A stretch of DNA of 64,000 nucleotides from Planctomycetota bacterium (GCA_965223845.1 CBDCXR010000004.1:1440001-1504000), one strand, 5' to 3'; positions 40,401-49,752 are shown, numbered from the stretch's first letter. The notes: generated from the sequence alone by a model not told the origin. Translations and numbers: made by a program.

Positions 40401-40570
40401 CGGCGATGCCCGCCTACGCGGACCGCGACGGCCTGTCGGTCCTGGCAAGCGCCTTCGAGGGCGACGCCGAGCGTCAGTTTGCCGCAATTTGGGCCTACCT
40501 GTGTGATCGACCGGAGACACCCGACGCGGGTGGCGGTGAGTCGGGTCCGGCTCCCGAATCGGCGCGATGA
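34484..40570 (+). CDS. Giant exported protein: 2 ThuA-like domains, DUF6797-like region, beta-propeller, PA14-like domain, 5 c-type hemes
   Basis: GTG start overlapping the PhoD stop; ThuA-like HEY, EEFYY, GGHF and HDW..DELYF..LLGH; CxxCH motifs CLDCH, CFACH, CANCH, CTACH, CTSCH. Confidence 0.85.
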   Translation: MKRCVTPASATNRTLLWSAALCSAAILALPLRAATFEADADGKGSESRKIVLIAGPITGHPKDTHEYEKSVVLLKHLLDRAPNLRGLLVEAHFGGWPRDESTLDDADSIVLISDGGDRNEESHPLYVGNRMETIARQMNRGCGFVNFHWTTFHPAREHDRITEWVGGYFDYETGPAPRKWYSAIETKEWPVALPSPRHPIARGVRPFRVREEFYYRIRFRDVDPRLVPLAAVADGREGVVGWAVERDDGGRGFGFTGGHFYANWWNTDFRRFILNAIVWSSGAEVPPGGVESNLEERFRTLVVTGHNHPAHDWRSVTEALIGVIEQDPRAIVHVTENPERLGESGLEAYRTLVFNYSNWERPGLSDRAKKGLVDYLSSGGGLTVVHFANGAFHYSLPRKDSDWEEYRTRIVRRVWVHGEGKSGHDPYGPFRVEIADVEHEVTRGLESFDTVDELYFRQEGPLPVVPLANARSKVTGNVEPLAWTYDYGRGRVFQTLLGHAAESVRRAGALIRRGTVWSARSSPLGFDPPPEIVEGMLFRAGSPWTAAESRARAEANEAKGEEPVREKADEPAEDGSESAGGDKSASEGVLPPNPGLDGGLGGHWGIKNDGDWKDGRWNQMDVGSLVSSSLRTPAGLALKSLALRLGDDASAAAAFDTADLAYRVAWTGEFISFDPQRFGVIAMPRIAGTIELIGAEGKAWGDAATRYRRLYRGARPVLEYEVNGIRIRDAPWADHLGELRAFTRDFAVAPRDRSLATVLCTGTAAAKLNSRHFQRALVPAKGDHVNAIALLGAEAAEAWLRVDGPKVILEFGPATKPTSCRVVLARVPRAGVDEFFRSAAELSRPSPSTAIAAAMMPSRPRWKTLKTSGRLGAGSGAYVIDTIDLPLENPYRALFFLSGHDFFRDGRAAVSTLHGDVWIASGLDADLGEIEWRRFATGLYQPLGLKIVRDEVYVRGRDQITRLSDRNGDGEADLYEAFSHTTKTTANGHDYVSSLETDASGNFYYVSPRGLHRVAPDGSSEQVIATGWRNPNGLSVSAEGVITVAPQEGEWTPASQIVEVKLGGYYGYPGPRPDVSRPRGYDLPLCYLPRGVDNSTGGQVWVERVDWGPLSGQLLSFSFGTSSMQLILRDRVGDQPQGAVVKLDGRFRSGAMRGRFHPRTGDLYVSGMQGWVTNAVEDGCLERVRYTGAPLALPTDYRVHENGLWLRFSEPLDAATAGDAGSYRLEAWNYEYAKTYGSKEYSARHPKREGHDPVSLRSVRVFDGGREIFLEVPALEPVDQLSVSAFLDAADGRDASIDLVATVHALHPPFELEPAPAPGATGARPTAEAGSRDDARSGLELTLRPLAGGEPDHRRARRAALFVGAGESPSPFIEPGPFLAVFRGELVLPQRDKVRFRVRGSGRAQLELDGRVVFESESDESSRLAEGWSPPVRVRAGRTAIVLSYRSPDRGDATLRLYWEGREFREETVSAEFLSHSPSLDLRRAERVRRGRELVARHRCLDCHRADAAELRRGMPELSFGGPTLDGIGSRLREEWLARWIEHPARERPGATMPRVLAPRGVLDDVSPTATVSIDRRALDIAAYLSTLRAEVTRRHGGAPPRASARAGGDLFARLGCFACHTFDSDTADGELTPLTHVAAKWQPGALREYLLEPHSHFPATRMPDFDLSGAEADQLAAFLLARTAASPVGDRQPPIRVPASALRGDRERGRSLAEANGCANCHEIPGVAPQPAAPFEKIARLDWSKRGCAAPPSTRRSAAPRLELGDRDRRAIAQFGRHAHSLFRRSMAEAAERTVRGFACTACHARDGEAARWDEREAAFEHLRIPRESRISVQTRPALSFFGEQLRVQWIARLLGGDLGYRLRPWLDARMPSFGPLAASLADGFAHADGFSARPRPQRSATSAARDSAREGKTLLGSASGLSCTSCHPVGSRPAENDLHFGVVNLAHSAERLRPEFFRRWMLNPQRIAPGTAMPAYADRDGLSVLASAFEGDAERQFAAIWAYLCDRPETPDAGGGESGPAPESAR

Positions 40571-40631
40571 GCCGCGAGGATCTGGAATCGGAGCAAGGGT
40601 TCTCCCTACAATCGCCGCGATCGCCCATCGT

Positions 40632-40716
40632 GCGAGAGTGGCGGAACTGGCAGACGCGCAAGATTTAGGTTCTTGTCCCTTCGGGGGTATGGGTTCGAGT
40701 CCCATCTCTCGCACCA
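40632..40716 (+). tRNA. tRNA-Leu (anticodon TAG), type II with variable arm and encoded CCA
   Basis: Acceptor stem GCGAGAG/CTCTCGC + ACCA; D-loop GGAACTGGCAGAC; anticodon arm CAAGA-TTTAGGT-TCTTG; T-loop GTTCGAGT; TACAAT at 40607-40612. Confidence 0.97.
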
Positions 40717-40803
40717 ATTCAATTCTCTACGCGGACGGCGTTCGCTCCGATCGGAGCCCGCGGTCAGCCTCCGGAAGCCGCAGCTCGAAGTGTCCTCGAT
40801 CCC

Positions 40804-41712
40804 GTGACGACCGCCGCCGTACAGCGCATCGGCGCGAGCCTTCGCGCCGCGTTCCTCGAGGGCGACGCGGCGGACTCGGGCCTCGACGATCTCCTCGCGG
40901 AGACCGGGGCGCGAGCCGCCGGGCTCTGGCGGCGAGCTTCCGGTGAAGATCGACTCGCTCTAGTCGGCTTCCGCGCGGTGCCCGACATGCCGAGAGACGT
41001 GAGCGACGGATTCGCCGAGGCGATGCGAGCACCTTCGCTTCGGGAAACGGGACTCGCATGTGTGGCGGCAGTCGTCCTCCGAGAGACGCAGATGGGGACG
41101 CTCGACGCCGCCGAAAGTGGCCTTCCGGGTTCGGCGAGCTGGCTCGCTCGATTCGCGGCTCGGCAGTCCGTCGCGGTTCCGTTCTCCGGTCGAGGTGGCG
41201 CCGAGGGGGTCGTCGCGATCTCGACGGCGGTTCCGCTCCGGCGCGGAGACTCGGTTTGGACGCTCATGCACGCGGTGGCGACCGTGCTTGCGGGCACGGA
41301 TGGTTCAGGTGTCAGCGCCGAACCCGACCGCGAGGCGCAGCGTTCGATCGCGGAAACTCTCGGGATCGGTGCGCTCCGTCGGCATGTATTTCTCTGCTGC
41401 GACCAGGCGAAGCCGAAGTGCTGCGACCGTTCACGCTCCGTCGTCGCGTGGAATCACCTGAAGCGTCGACTCAAAGAGCTCGGTCTCGTCGACCGAGGCG
41501 GGGTGCAGCGGACAAAGGCGAACTGTCTCCGCATCTGTGCCGGCGGCCCGATCGCGGTCGTGTATCCGGACGGCGCCTGGTACGGAGAATGCGACCCTCC
41601 GGTCATCGACCGGATCATCGAGGAGCACCTCATCGGTGGCCGGCCGGTGAAGGAGCATCTCATCGCACTGGAGCCGCTCACCGGAGAAGCTCTCGGCCGG
41701 CGGACCGAGTAG
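40804..41712 (+). CDS. GAF-like domain fused to a thioredoxin-like [2Fe-2S] ferredoxin
   Basis: C-terminal [16 protein letters not shown]...[25 protein letters not shown]; N-terminal AAGLWR..LALVGF..SVAVPF..GVVAIS GAF-like pattern. Confidence 0.75.
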   Translation: MTTAAVQRIGASLRAAFLEGDAADSGLDDLLAETGARAAGLWRRASGEDRLALVGFRAVPDMPRDVSDGFAEAMRAPSLRETGLACVAAVVLRETQMGTLDAAESGLPGSASWLARFAARQSVAVPFSGRGGAEGVVAISTAVPLRRGDSVWTLMHAVATVLAGTDGSGVSAEPDREAQRSIAETLGIGALRRHVFLCCDQAKPKCCDRSRSVVAWNHLKRRLKELGLVDRGGVQRTKANCLRICAGGPIAVVYPDGAWYGECDPPVIDRIIEEHLIGGRPVKEHLIALEPLTGEALGRRTE

Positions 41713-41713
41713 C

Positions 41714-42026
41714 GCTCGCTCGTCGGGGTGAAGTCGGCGCGGCGTCGCCGCGTCGGCGAGGGGGCTTCGCGAAAGCGCCCTCACAAGGACGTCTTAGTTT
41801 CAAGACAAGCGCAACGCGCTTGCTTGAGATCGCCCTCCCGGTCGCGAAAGGTACCTAGGACCAGTTTGGACCGGCGCCCGTGGGCGCGAACGAGCCGAAG
41901 GCTCGCTCGTCGGGGTGAAGTCGGCGCGGCGTCGCCGCGTCGGCGAGGGGGTTTCGCGAAAGCGCCCTCACAAGGACGTCTTAGTTTCAACAGAAGCGCA
42001 ACGCGCTTGTGTTGAAACTAAGACGT
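41714..42026. repeat. Structured ~109-bp direct repeat, 2 copies (41714-41822 and 41901-42009); REP/MITE-like
   Basis: Three mismatches between copies by eye; each copy is a chain of hairpins; copy 2 extends into ACGTCTTAGTTTCAACA...TGTTGAAACTAAGACGT. Confidence 0.9.
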
Positions 42027-42614
42027 ACGCTTGTTCGCGCGGGCGATCTCCTCGGGGGCGTACTTCTGCAGCTTTCGCTGCAGCGATCGCCGATGGATGT
42101 TCAGCCGGCGCGCCGCTTCGCTGATGTTTCCGCCGCAATCGGAGAGTACGCGATGGATGTGTTCCCACTCCGCGCGCGCGAGCGTCGGCGCCTGGTACGT
42201 CTTCGGCGATGGCTCGAGCGCGGGCGTCTCGCCGCGCGCGAACGCCGAAATGATGTCGTCGACGTCGGCCGGCTTGGGGAGGTAGTTGGACGCGCCCAGC
42301 TTCACCGCGTCGACGGCGGTTGCGATGCTGCCGTACCCGGTGAGAACGAGGACCATCGTCGCGGAATCGATCTTCCGGAGGTCGCGGACGACCTCGAGCC
42401 CCGATTTTCCGGGCATCTTCAGGTCGACGACGGCGAACTCGGGCGAGTCCGCCTCGGCTTCGGCGATCGCCTCGTCGTAGGTGCTCGCGACGCGGACGTC
42501 GTATCCGCGGAGCTGAAACGAGCGGGCGAGACGATCGCGAAAGATTCGATCGTCGTCGACGAGCAGAATCGAGTGAGGATGGTCGTCGCTGCGGGTCTCT
42601 TCTGGGTCCGCCAT
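42018..42614 (-). CDS. regA: RegA/PrrA/ActR family response regulator
   Basis: Receiver motifs LVDDD, VVDLKMP, LTGYGSIATAV; Fis-type HTH EWEHIHRVL..CGGNISEAARRLNIHRRSLQRKL. Confidence 0.92.
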   Translation of the reverse strand: MADPEETRSDDHPHSILLVDDDRIFRDRLARSFQLRGYDVRVASTYDEAIAEAEADSPEFAVVDLKMPGKSGLEVVRDLRKIDSATMVLVLTGYGSIATAVDAVKLGASNYLPKPADVDDIISAFARGETPALEPSPKTYQAPTLARAEWEHIHRVLSDCGGNISEAARRLNIHRRSLQRKLQKYAPEEIARANKRTS

Positions 42615-42717
42615 CGCCTGAGCATCTCCCGGCCAGCCCCTGAGCGTAACGAGCCGCATCGCAGAGATCCAGCTCTTCTCACGTGCCGGCGCCGCGACAC
42701 TCGAGCGCAGTATCGAG

Positions 42718-44121
42718 CTAGCTCGCCTCAGGCTCGCGCTCGGTCGGGAGCGTGATCGTGACCGTCGTCCCGGTACCTACGGTCGACTCGAAGTCGAGCT
42801 CGCCGCCGAGTTTCTCGACGACGGTGCGGGTGAGAAAAAGGCCGAGGCCCATCCCACGGCCGGGATCCTTCGTCGTGAAGAACGGATTTCCCACGCGGCG
42901 GAGCATGTCGGAGTCCATGCCGGCCCCGCGATCCGTGACTTCGAAGACGACGCTCTCGCGGCGTCCGGAGCATGTGAGGTCGACGTGTGAATCGGGCGGC
43001 GCCGCGTCGAGAGCGTTCTTCACGATGGCCCGGAGTGCGCGCGAGAGCGGTCCGAGGGGCGCGAACAGCCGATGCTCGGTCGTCGTTTCGAGTCCGAAGA
43101 CGTGGACGCGCGTGCGATCGACGATGCCGTCGAGCACTTCCTCGACAAGATCGTCGATCGTCACGCGCACGAGCGTGTCGCCCGTCCCCTGGCCGGCCTC
43201 GGCGGCCATCTCATCGAGGATGGCGCGGCAGCGTCCGACCTCCGCGCGAATGAGTCGAGAGTCCTCGACGGCGTCGTCGAGGGGAGCGCCGCGTTCGAGC
43301 TGTACTTCGAGGTCCTTTGCGATGACCGCGATCGTCGAGAGTGGCGAAGCCAACTCGTGGGCCGCCCCGGCCGCGAGCGTCGCGAGTGCTTCGAGCTTTT
43401 CGCTGTGGGCGCGCTGTTGGCGCACGCCGCGGAGATCGTCTTCGCGCCGGGCGAGCTCGCTCGACACGCGGAGAATGAACGACACGACGATGAGGGCCGA
43501 CGCGCCGAACGCGACCACGGTGGCGATCAGATAGAGCCGGACGGGCGGGATGGGACCCTCGCGACCCGGCCATTCGAGCGTCATGGTCGTGATGTCGCCG
43601 AGAGCGGGCAGCGGCTGGTGAAAAAAGAAGAGGAGCGTGAAGCACGAAAATACGAGCACGCTTAGGGTGTAAGCCCAACGCTCTCGGAGTAGGACCGCGC
43701 CTAGCGTCAGATTGACGAGATAGAACACGCTGAACGGGTTGGTGGGGCCTCCCGAGAAGTAGAGAAGACCGGAGAGGAGGAGGACGTCGATCACCATGAT
43801 CGCAGTCATGATGCGAGTTTCGAGATCCCGAGTCTCGCCGGCCGGCCGGGTGAGCAGTCGGCGGCGAAACCAGACCAGGAAGCCAATGTTCGTCGCGGCT
43901 GCAAACACGATGAGCGACACCAGTTCCGCGAGAGGGAGCTCGACTCGAAACACGACCGCGGCGGTGAACACCGTCGCGATCTGACCGCACACGGCAGCCC
44001 AGCGGAGCTTGAGGAGCCACGCGAATGCGATGCGGTTCCGACTGAGGACGATGCCGGGCGGAAGTTTCGCGTCGGATGAGCGTTCGATCGGCGGGGGAGA
44101 TTCGAAATCGTCGCGGGTCAT
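42718..44121 (-). CDS. regB: RegB/PrrB/ActS family redox-sensing histidine kinase
   Basis: [17 protein letters not shown] (GGxxNPF), H-box [12 protein letters not shown] cysteine, DRGAGM, PFFTTK, GMGLGL; start uncertain. Confidence 0.9.
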   Translation of the reverse strand: MTRDDFESPPPIERSSDAKLPPGIVLSRNRIAFAWLLKLRWAAVCGQIATVFTAAVVFRVELPLAELVSLIVFAAATNIGFLVWFRRRLLTRPAGETRDLETRIMTAIMVIDVLLLSGLLYFSGGPTNPFSVFYLVNLTLGAVLLRERWAYTLSVLVFSCFTLLFFFHQPLPALGDITTMTLEWPGREGPIPPVRLYLIATVVAFGASALIVVSFILRVSSELARREDDLRGVRQQRAHSEKLEALATLAAGAAHELASPLSTIAVIAKDLEVQLERGAPLDDAVEDSRLIRAEVGRCRAILDEMAAEAGQGTGDTLVRVTIDDLVEEVLDGIVDRTRVHVFGLETTTEHRLFAPLGPLSRALRAIVKNALDAAPPDSHVDLTCSGRRESVVFEVTDRGAGMDSDMLRRVGNPFFTTKDPGRGMGLGLFLTRTVVEKLGGELDFESTVGTGTTVTITLPTEREPEAS

Positions 44122-44397
44122 TTCGGTCGGGGCGAACGGTTGGCCTGGGGACGGGGCGTTGAAAACAGCCTCTACAACCGGGGCGAGCGCTCGATGCGAT
44201 CGAGCGCCGCTCCCGGGAGGGGAACGATCACGATACTTAGGGTGCACCTCTCTCACGAGAGGCTTTCCGACCTTTGGAGCGGTTGCTACCATGTCGGGCT
44301 CGTTTCTCCCCAAGTGAGACACGCGGACGACCGATCACGAGACAGCGGGAGGCCGTCGGCCTCCGCGATTCAGCCCCTTCGGAGTGACAGAAAGACG

Positions 44398-47300
44398 ATG
44401 GCGCCAGCGAGCGAGAGGAACGGAGGCGATCCCGAGACCTCCTGGCGGTACTCGGCGACGCTCGCCACCCGCATCGAGTCGAAGTGGCAGGACCGCTGGG
44501 AAGCGGAGAAAACGTTCCACGCCCCGAATCCCGGCGAGCCGGGCTTCGACCCGGCGAAGCCGAAGCGGTTCATCATGGATATGTTTCCGTATCCATCGGG
44601 AGTCGGTCTCCACGTCGGACATCCGCTCGGATACATCGCGACCGACGTCTACGCTCGCTATCTCCGGATGCGCGGCTGCAACGTCCTCCATCCGATGGGA
44701 TTCGATGCCTTTGGCCTCCCGGCGGAGCAGTACGCGATCCAGACGGGTCAGCATCCGCGCGTCACGACCGACAGCAACATCGCGAACATGCGCGCGCAGA
44801 TGCGTCGTCTCGGCCTCGGCCACGACCCCGATCGATTCGTCGCCACCACGGACGTCGACTTCTACAAGTGGACCCAGTGGATTTTTCTCCAGATCTACGG
44901 CGCGTGGTACGACCGCGATGCGGATCGCGCTCGTCCGATCGCCGAGCTCGTCGCGGAGCTCGAATCGGGTGAGCGAGCCCCGGGAGACGAGGCAACGAAC
45001 CCGGCCGGAACTGCGTGGGCGAAGCTCACGGACGCCGAGCGGCGCGCGATTGTCGACAGCCACCGGCTCGCGTACGTCGCCGAGCTCCCAGTGAACTGGT
45101 GCCCAGAGCTCGGGACCGTGCTCGCGAACGAAGAGGTCACGGCCGAGGGTCGAAGCGAGCGCGGAGATTTCCCGGTCTACAAGCGTCCCCTCCGCCAGTG
45201 GATGATGCGCATCACGGCGTATTGCGAGCGGCTTCTCGCCGACCTCGAAGCGCTCGAGTGGCCCGAGCCGATCAAGCTCATGCAGCGGAACTGGATCGGG
45301 CGGAGCGAGGGGGCGGAGGTCGACTTTCTCGCCGAGGTCCCCGGCCGCGCCGTCGATTCGGACGGATGGTTCGAGGAACGAGCGGGATCCGAGTGGCGTT
45401 CGATGGCGCCCGACGAAGATCACGTCATTCGAGTGTTCACCACGCGCCCCGACACGCTCTACGGCGCGACCTACATGGTGCTCGCACCGGAGCATCCGCT
45501 TGTCGATCGACTCGTCGCGGACTCGTGGCCGAACGAATCGCCTGAGGTTTGGCGCGGACGCTTTCCCGGTCGACCGCAGGACGCCGATCCGCGCGCCCTC
45601 GTCCGCGCGTACCGCGAGTACGCCTCCGGTCGATCGGACGTCGAGCGCCAGGTCGAGACCAAAGAGAAGACTGGAGTCTTCCTCGGCGCCTACGCGATCA
45701 ATCCGGTCTCGCGCGTGCGCATTCCGATCTTCATCGCGGACTACGTCCTCATGGGGTACGGCACCGGTGCGATCATGGCAGTCCCTGCGCACGACGAGCG
45801 CGACTTCGAGTTCGCGACGCAGTTCGGACTCGAGACGCCGGTCGTGGTGTTGCCGCCGGAGTCTTGGCTTAGAGACGCCATCGCTCCGCAGCTCGCCGAG
45901 GCGGGAATTCACGTCGGCGACGTCGATACGCTCGCTTCGGCGTATCGAAATGCAGGTGATTCCGATCATCCGGAGGGACGAGCTTGCTCGCTCGCCGTCT
46001 TCTCGGGAGAGGGAACCGCGATCGCGTCCGAAGCGATCGAAGGCCTTCCGAGCGTGGAGGCCAAGCCGGCGATCACTCGTTGGCTCGAGGAGCGGGGTCT
46101 CGGCTGCGGCACGGTGAACTTTCGCCTCCGCGATTGGCTCTTCAGTCGCCAGCGTTACTGGGGAGAGCCGTTTCCGGTGCTCTTCGCCGACGATGACGGA
46201 AGCGTCCGCACGGTACCTGTCGAGGAGTTGCCGCTCGAGCTTCCAGAAATGGAAGACTACCGCCCGGCGGTGAACGCGGATCCGGACTCCGAACCGCAGC
46301 CGCCTCTCGGCCGCGCGAAGGAATGGGCGCGCGTCGAAATCGACGGGCGATCGTATTCGCGCGAGCTGAACACGATGCCGAACTGGGCCGGCTCCTGCTG
46401 GTACTACCTAAGGTATCTCGACCCGCGGAACGATGACGCCCTCGCGGGGTCGAACGTCGAGTCCTACTGGATGCTGCGCGCGAAGGAGGGAGAGGATCGT
46501 CCGGAGCGCTACGACCCGGAAACGGCGAGGCTCGGCGGCGTCGACCTCTACGTCGGCGGCGCGGAGCACGCGGTTCTCCACCTCCTCTACGCGCGCTTCT
46601 GGCACAAGGTCCTGTTCGATCTCGGGCACGTTTCGACTCCCGAGCCGTTTCACCGGCTCTTCAACCAAGGGTACGTGCAGGCTGCGGCCTACAAGGACGC
46701 GCGCGGCGTCTACGTCGAGGCGTCGCGAGTCGAGGAGAAGGACGACGAGTTCTTCTTCGCCGGCGAACCCGTGACGCGAGAGTTCGGGAAGATGGGAAAG
46801 AGCCTCAAGAACGCGGTCACGCCGGACGAGATCTGTGCGGAGTACGGCGCCGATACGCTCCGCCTCTACGAGATGGCGATGGGGCCGCTCGAGATGTCGA
46901 AGCCGTGGAACACGCGCGATATCATCGGCGTCCATCGTTTCCTGCAGCGGCTCTGGCGAAACCTCGTCGACGAGCGAACGGGTCGCCTCCTCGTCTCGCA
47001 CGAACCTCCGAGCGACGAGCTGCGGCGCGCGCTTCACAAGACGATCGACGGGGTCACTCGCGACATGGAGGCGCTCGGGTTCAACACGGCGATCGCCAAG
47101 CTGATCGAACTCAACAACCAGCTCGTCTCACTCGAGGCCGTCCCGAGTGAAGTCGCCTACGCCCTCGTGAAGATGATCGCTCCGCTCGCGCCGCACTTCG
47201 CCGAAGAACTCTGGGAGAAGCTCGAGCACAGTGAAACGATCGCGTACGAACCGTACCCGGAATTCGATCCCGCGCTTCTCATCGAGGATCGGATCGAGAT

Positions 47301-47475
47301 TCCGGTGCAGGTAAACGGCAAGGTGCGGGCCAAGATCGAGATTCCGTCGAACGCGGAACGAGGCGACTATGAATCCTTCGCGCGCGGAGACGAAAAGGTC
47401 GCGGCGCTCCTCGACGGAAAGACGGTTCGCAAGGTCATCGCAGTTCCGGGGAAACTGGTGAACTTTGTCATCTAG
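44398..47475 (+). CDS. leuS: Leucine--tRNA ligase
   Basis: [66 protein letters not shown]. Confidence 0.98.
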   Translation: MAPASERNGGDPETSWRYSATLATRIESKWQDRWEAEKTFHAPNPGEPGFDPAKPKRFIMDMFPYPSGVGLHVGHPLGYIATDVYARYLRMRGCNVLHPMGFDAFGLPAEQYAIQTGQHPRVTTDSNIANMRAQMRRLGLGHDPDRFVATTDVDFYKWTQWIFLQIYGAWYDRDADRARPIAELVAELESGERAPGDEATNPAGTAWAKLTDAERRAIVDSHRLAYVAELPVNWCPELGTVLANEEVTAEGRSERGDFPVYKRPLRQWMMRITAYCERLLADLEALEWPEPIKLMQRNWIGRSEGAEVDFLAEVPGRAVDSDGWFEERAGSEWRSMAPDEDHVIRVFTTRPDTLYGATYMVLAPEHPLVDRLVADSWPNESPEVWRGRFPGRPQDADPRALVRAYREYASGRSDVERQVETKEKTGVFLGAYAINPVSRVRIPIFIADYVLMGYGTGAIMAVPAHDERDFEFATQFGLETPVVVLPPESWLRDAIAPQLAEAGIHVGDVDTLASAYRNAGDSDHPEGRACSLAVFSGEGTAIASEAIEGLPSVEAKPAITRWLEERGLGCGTVNFRLRDWLFSRQRYWGEPFPVLFADDDGSVRTVPVEELPLELPEMEDYRPAVNADPDSEPQPPLGRAKEWARVEIDGRSYSRELNTMPNWAGSCWYYLRYLDPRNDDALAGSNVESYWMLRAKEGEDRPERYDPETARLGGVDLYVGGAEHAVLHLLYARFWHKVLFDLGHVSTPEPFHRLFNQGYVQAAAYKDARGVYVEASRVEEKDDEFFFAGEPVTREFGKMGKSLKNAVTPDEICAEYGADTLRLYEMAMGPLEMSKPWNTRDIIGVHRFLQRLWRNLVDERTGRLLVSHEPPSDELRRALHKTIDGVTRDMEALGFNTAIAKLIELNNQLVSLEAVPSEVAYALVKMIAPLAPHFAEELWEKLEHSETIAYEPYPEFDPALLIEDRIEIPVQVNGKVRAKIEIPSNAERGDYESFARGDEKVAALLDGKTVRKVIAVPGKLVNFVI

Positions 47476-47583
47476 ACCGGGCGTTGTGTGAATCGGGCGC
47501 ACGAGGAGCTCGCTCGACGACATCGTCGAAGGAATCGATTGCGGCACCGGCTCGGTCCGGTGTGGATAAAAGGAGGGTAGATC

Positions 47584-49752
47584 TTGAACTCACGAAACTG
47601 CGCGGTTCTAGGCGCCGCGTCCCGCTCGCTGTTTGGATCGTTCTCGTTTGGGTTCGTTCTCTGTGCGCTTCTCGCGCTGGGAAGCGAATCGTTTGGCGCA
47701 GTTCAGTCGCTTTCTCTCGTGAAGTTCCGCGATGACTTCAGCGCCGGCGAGAAGGCTCGACTTCTCCGCGACGCCTACGAAATCGCCGCGAGAGACGAGC
47801 GAGTCCTGGGATTCCAGTGGGGGACGAACAACAGCCCCGAGGGGTTGACGAAGGGATTCACCCACGGCTTCGTCGTGACGTACGCCAGCGCCGAGGCGCG
47901 CGCGGAGTACCTCGAGAGCGACGCGTTCCAGGCCGTGGCCGGCAAGCTCGAGGAGGGGATCGCCGATCTCTTCTCCTTCTCATTCGAAGTCGAGGAGGCA
48001 CCGCCGGCGGCGGAGGTCGGCCGCGTCCATCACCTGGTGTTTTTTCGCTTCAAGGAGGACGCCGAAGCGGCCGCCGTTCAGGGCGTCGTCGACGCGTTCG
48101 CCACCTTGCCGCAGAAGATCTCCGGCCTCCTCCGCTACCAAGCCGGAACGAACGTGGGCTCGACCGAGCTCGCTCGCGGATTTACGCACGCGTTCCTACT
48201 CACCTTCGTGAACGAGCGGGCGCGAAACGATTACCTGCCGCATCCTGCGCACAAGGCGTTCGTCTCTGTGGTGGGTCCGGTCCTCGCCGAACCCCTCGTC
48301 GTCGACTTCACCGTCACGCCTGCGGATCGCTCCCTCTTCGTGACGAGCGGGCTCGAACCCTACCGCGTGTATCAACGTTCGGCAGACGGGACCGCGTCGA
48401 TCGAGTTCGGAGGCGTGTGCTCCGCGGACGGCAAGATCGAGGCGCGTCTCCGCGGTGGACGGCGAACCGTTCCGGGCTTTGACTGGCGCGAAGTCGGAGC
48501 GGCGGTGGATGGAGCGTTCACGGCCGTTCTCGCCGAAGTCCCGACTGGCGGTGAGTACACGGTCGAAGTTCGGCGGCGGGATCGATTCGGAAACATCGCT
48601 GCGCACACCGAAGTCGCCAATGTTTTGGTCGGGGACCTCTGGATTCTCGCCGGGCAGTCGAACATGGAAGGCGTCGGCGACCTCGATGGCGTTACGGAGT
48701 CAAGCCCGCTCGTTCACTGCTTCACCATGGCCCACCGCTGGGAGATCGCGCGCGAGCCGCTTCACTGGCTCGTCGATTCTCCGGATCCCGTTCACAGCCA
48801 TCACTGGCTTCGCGATCTCGACGAAGCCGGACGGCGGAAGAAGCGTGCCGAGGTGCGCCGCCACCGGAGAAAGGGGGCCGGTCTCGGACTTCCCTTCGCC
48901 GTCGAGCTCGTCCGTAGAACGGGCGTTCCCATCGGACTGATCGCTTCGGCTCACGGCGGAACGTCGATGACGCAGTGGGATCCCACCCGGCGCGACGACG
49001 GCGGATCGTCTCTCTACGGCTCGATGTTCAAGCAGGTGAAGAACGCGGGCGGCGCCGTCAAAGGAGTCCTTTGGTACCAGGGGGAGTCGGACGCGCTCGA
49101 TCCCGCGGCGGTACCGCTTTTTGAGGAGCGGTTTGAGAAGCTCGTCGCCGCGTTTCGGCGCGACTTCGAGCAGCCGGAGCTTCCGTTCTACAGCGTGCAG
49201 CTCGGTCGCTTCGTCGTTTTGCGCGACTCCGGCGACGATTGGAACCGCGTGCAGGATTCCCAGCGCATCCTGGCCACGAGGATTCCTCACACGGCAGTCG
49301 TCGCGGCGGTCGATCTGCCACTCGATGACCTCATTCATATCGGGACGGACGGACTCAAGAGGCTCGGCAGGCGACTCGCGCTTACGGCCCACCGAAATTT
49401 GTACGGCGGCGCTGGGATCGAAAGCGGCCCGCAATTGGCGAAGGTCTCTGCCGGTCCGCGCGGTTTCAGCGTACGCGTCGAGTACTCGGGCGTGAACGGT
49501 CGATTGACGCCCGAGCGAAAGATCGACGGTTTTTCCCTCCACGCGAAGGACGGAAAGGATCTCAAGCTGATCTACCGCGCGAGCGTCGATCCGAGCGACG
49601 GGAACACGGTCGTGTTGAAGCTGCGTTCGAAACTCGGCGAGGAGACGTACCTTCGCTACGGGGCCGGACTCGACCCGGTGTGCACCCTCGCCGACGAGAG
49701 CGACATGTCCGCTCCGGTCTTCGGCCCGATTCGAGTCGGGCCGTCGAACTGA
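47584..49752 (+). CDS. Two Dabb (stress-responsive A/B barrel) domains fused to a sialate O-acetylesterase (SASA/SGNH)
   Basis: WGTNNSPEGLTKGFTHGF and RNDYLPHPAHKAF (Dabb); LAGQSNMEG, HGGT, WYQGESD, DDLIH (SGNH); AGGAGG RBS before TTG. Confidence 0.85.
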   Translation: MNSRNCAVLGAASRSLFGSFSFGFVLCALLALGSESFGAVQSLSLVKFRDDFSAGEKARLLRDAYEIAARDERVLGFQWGTNNSPEGLTKGFTHGFVVTYASAEARAEYLESDAFQAVAGKLEEGIADLFSFSFEVEEAPPAAEVGRVHHLVFFRFKEDAEAAAVQGVVDAFATLPQKISGLLRYQAGTNVGSTELARGFTHAFLLTFVNERARNDYLPHPAHKAFVSVVGPVLAEPLVVDFTVTPADRSLFVTSGLEPYRVYQRSADGTASIEFGGVCSADGKIEARLRGGRRTVPGFDWREVGAAVDGAFTAVLAEVPTGGEYTVEVRRRDRFGNIAAHTEVANVLVGDLWILAGQSNMEGVGDLDGVTESSPLVHCFTMAHRWEIAREPLHWLVDSPDPVHSHHWLRDLDEAGRRKKRAEVRRHRRKGAGLGLPFAVELVRRTGVPIGLIASAHGGTSMTQWDPTRRDDGGSSLYGSMFKQVKNAGGAVKGVLWYQGESDALDPAAVPLFEERFEKLVAAFRRDFEQPELPFYSVQLGRFVVLRDSGDDWNRVQDSQRILATRIPHTAVVAAVDLPLDDLIHIGTDGLKRLGRRLALTAHRNLYGGAGIESGPQLAKVSAGPRGFSVRVEYSGVNGRLTPERKIDGFSLHAKDGKDLKLIYRASVDPSDGNTVVLKLRSKLGEETYLRYGAGLDPVCTLADESDMSAPVFGPIRVGPSN

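Noticed and set aside
41714-42026. CRISPR array
   Set aside because: Only two long (109-bp) units, no short repeats with unique spacers, and no cas genes.
40632-44121. Integrative element at tRNA-Leu
   Set aside because: No integrase, no duplicated tRNA 3' end noticed, and no obvious compositional shift.
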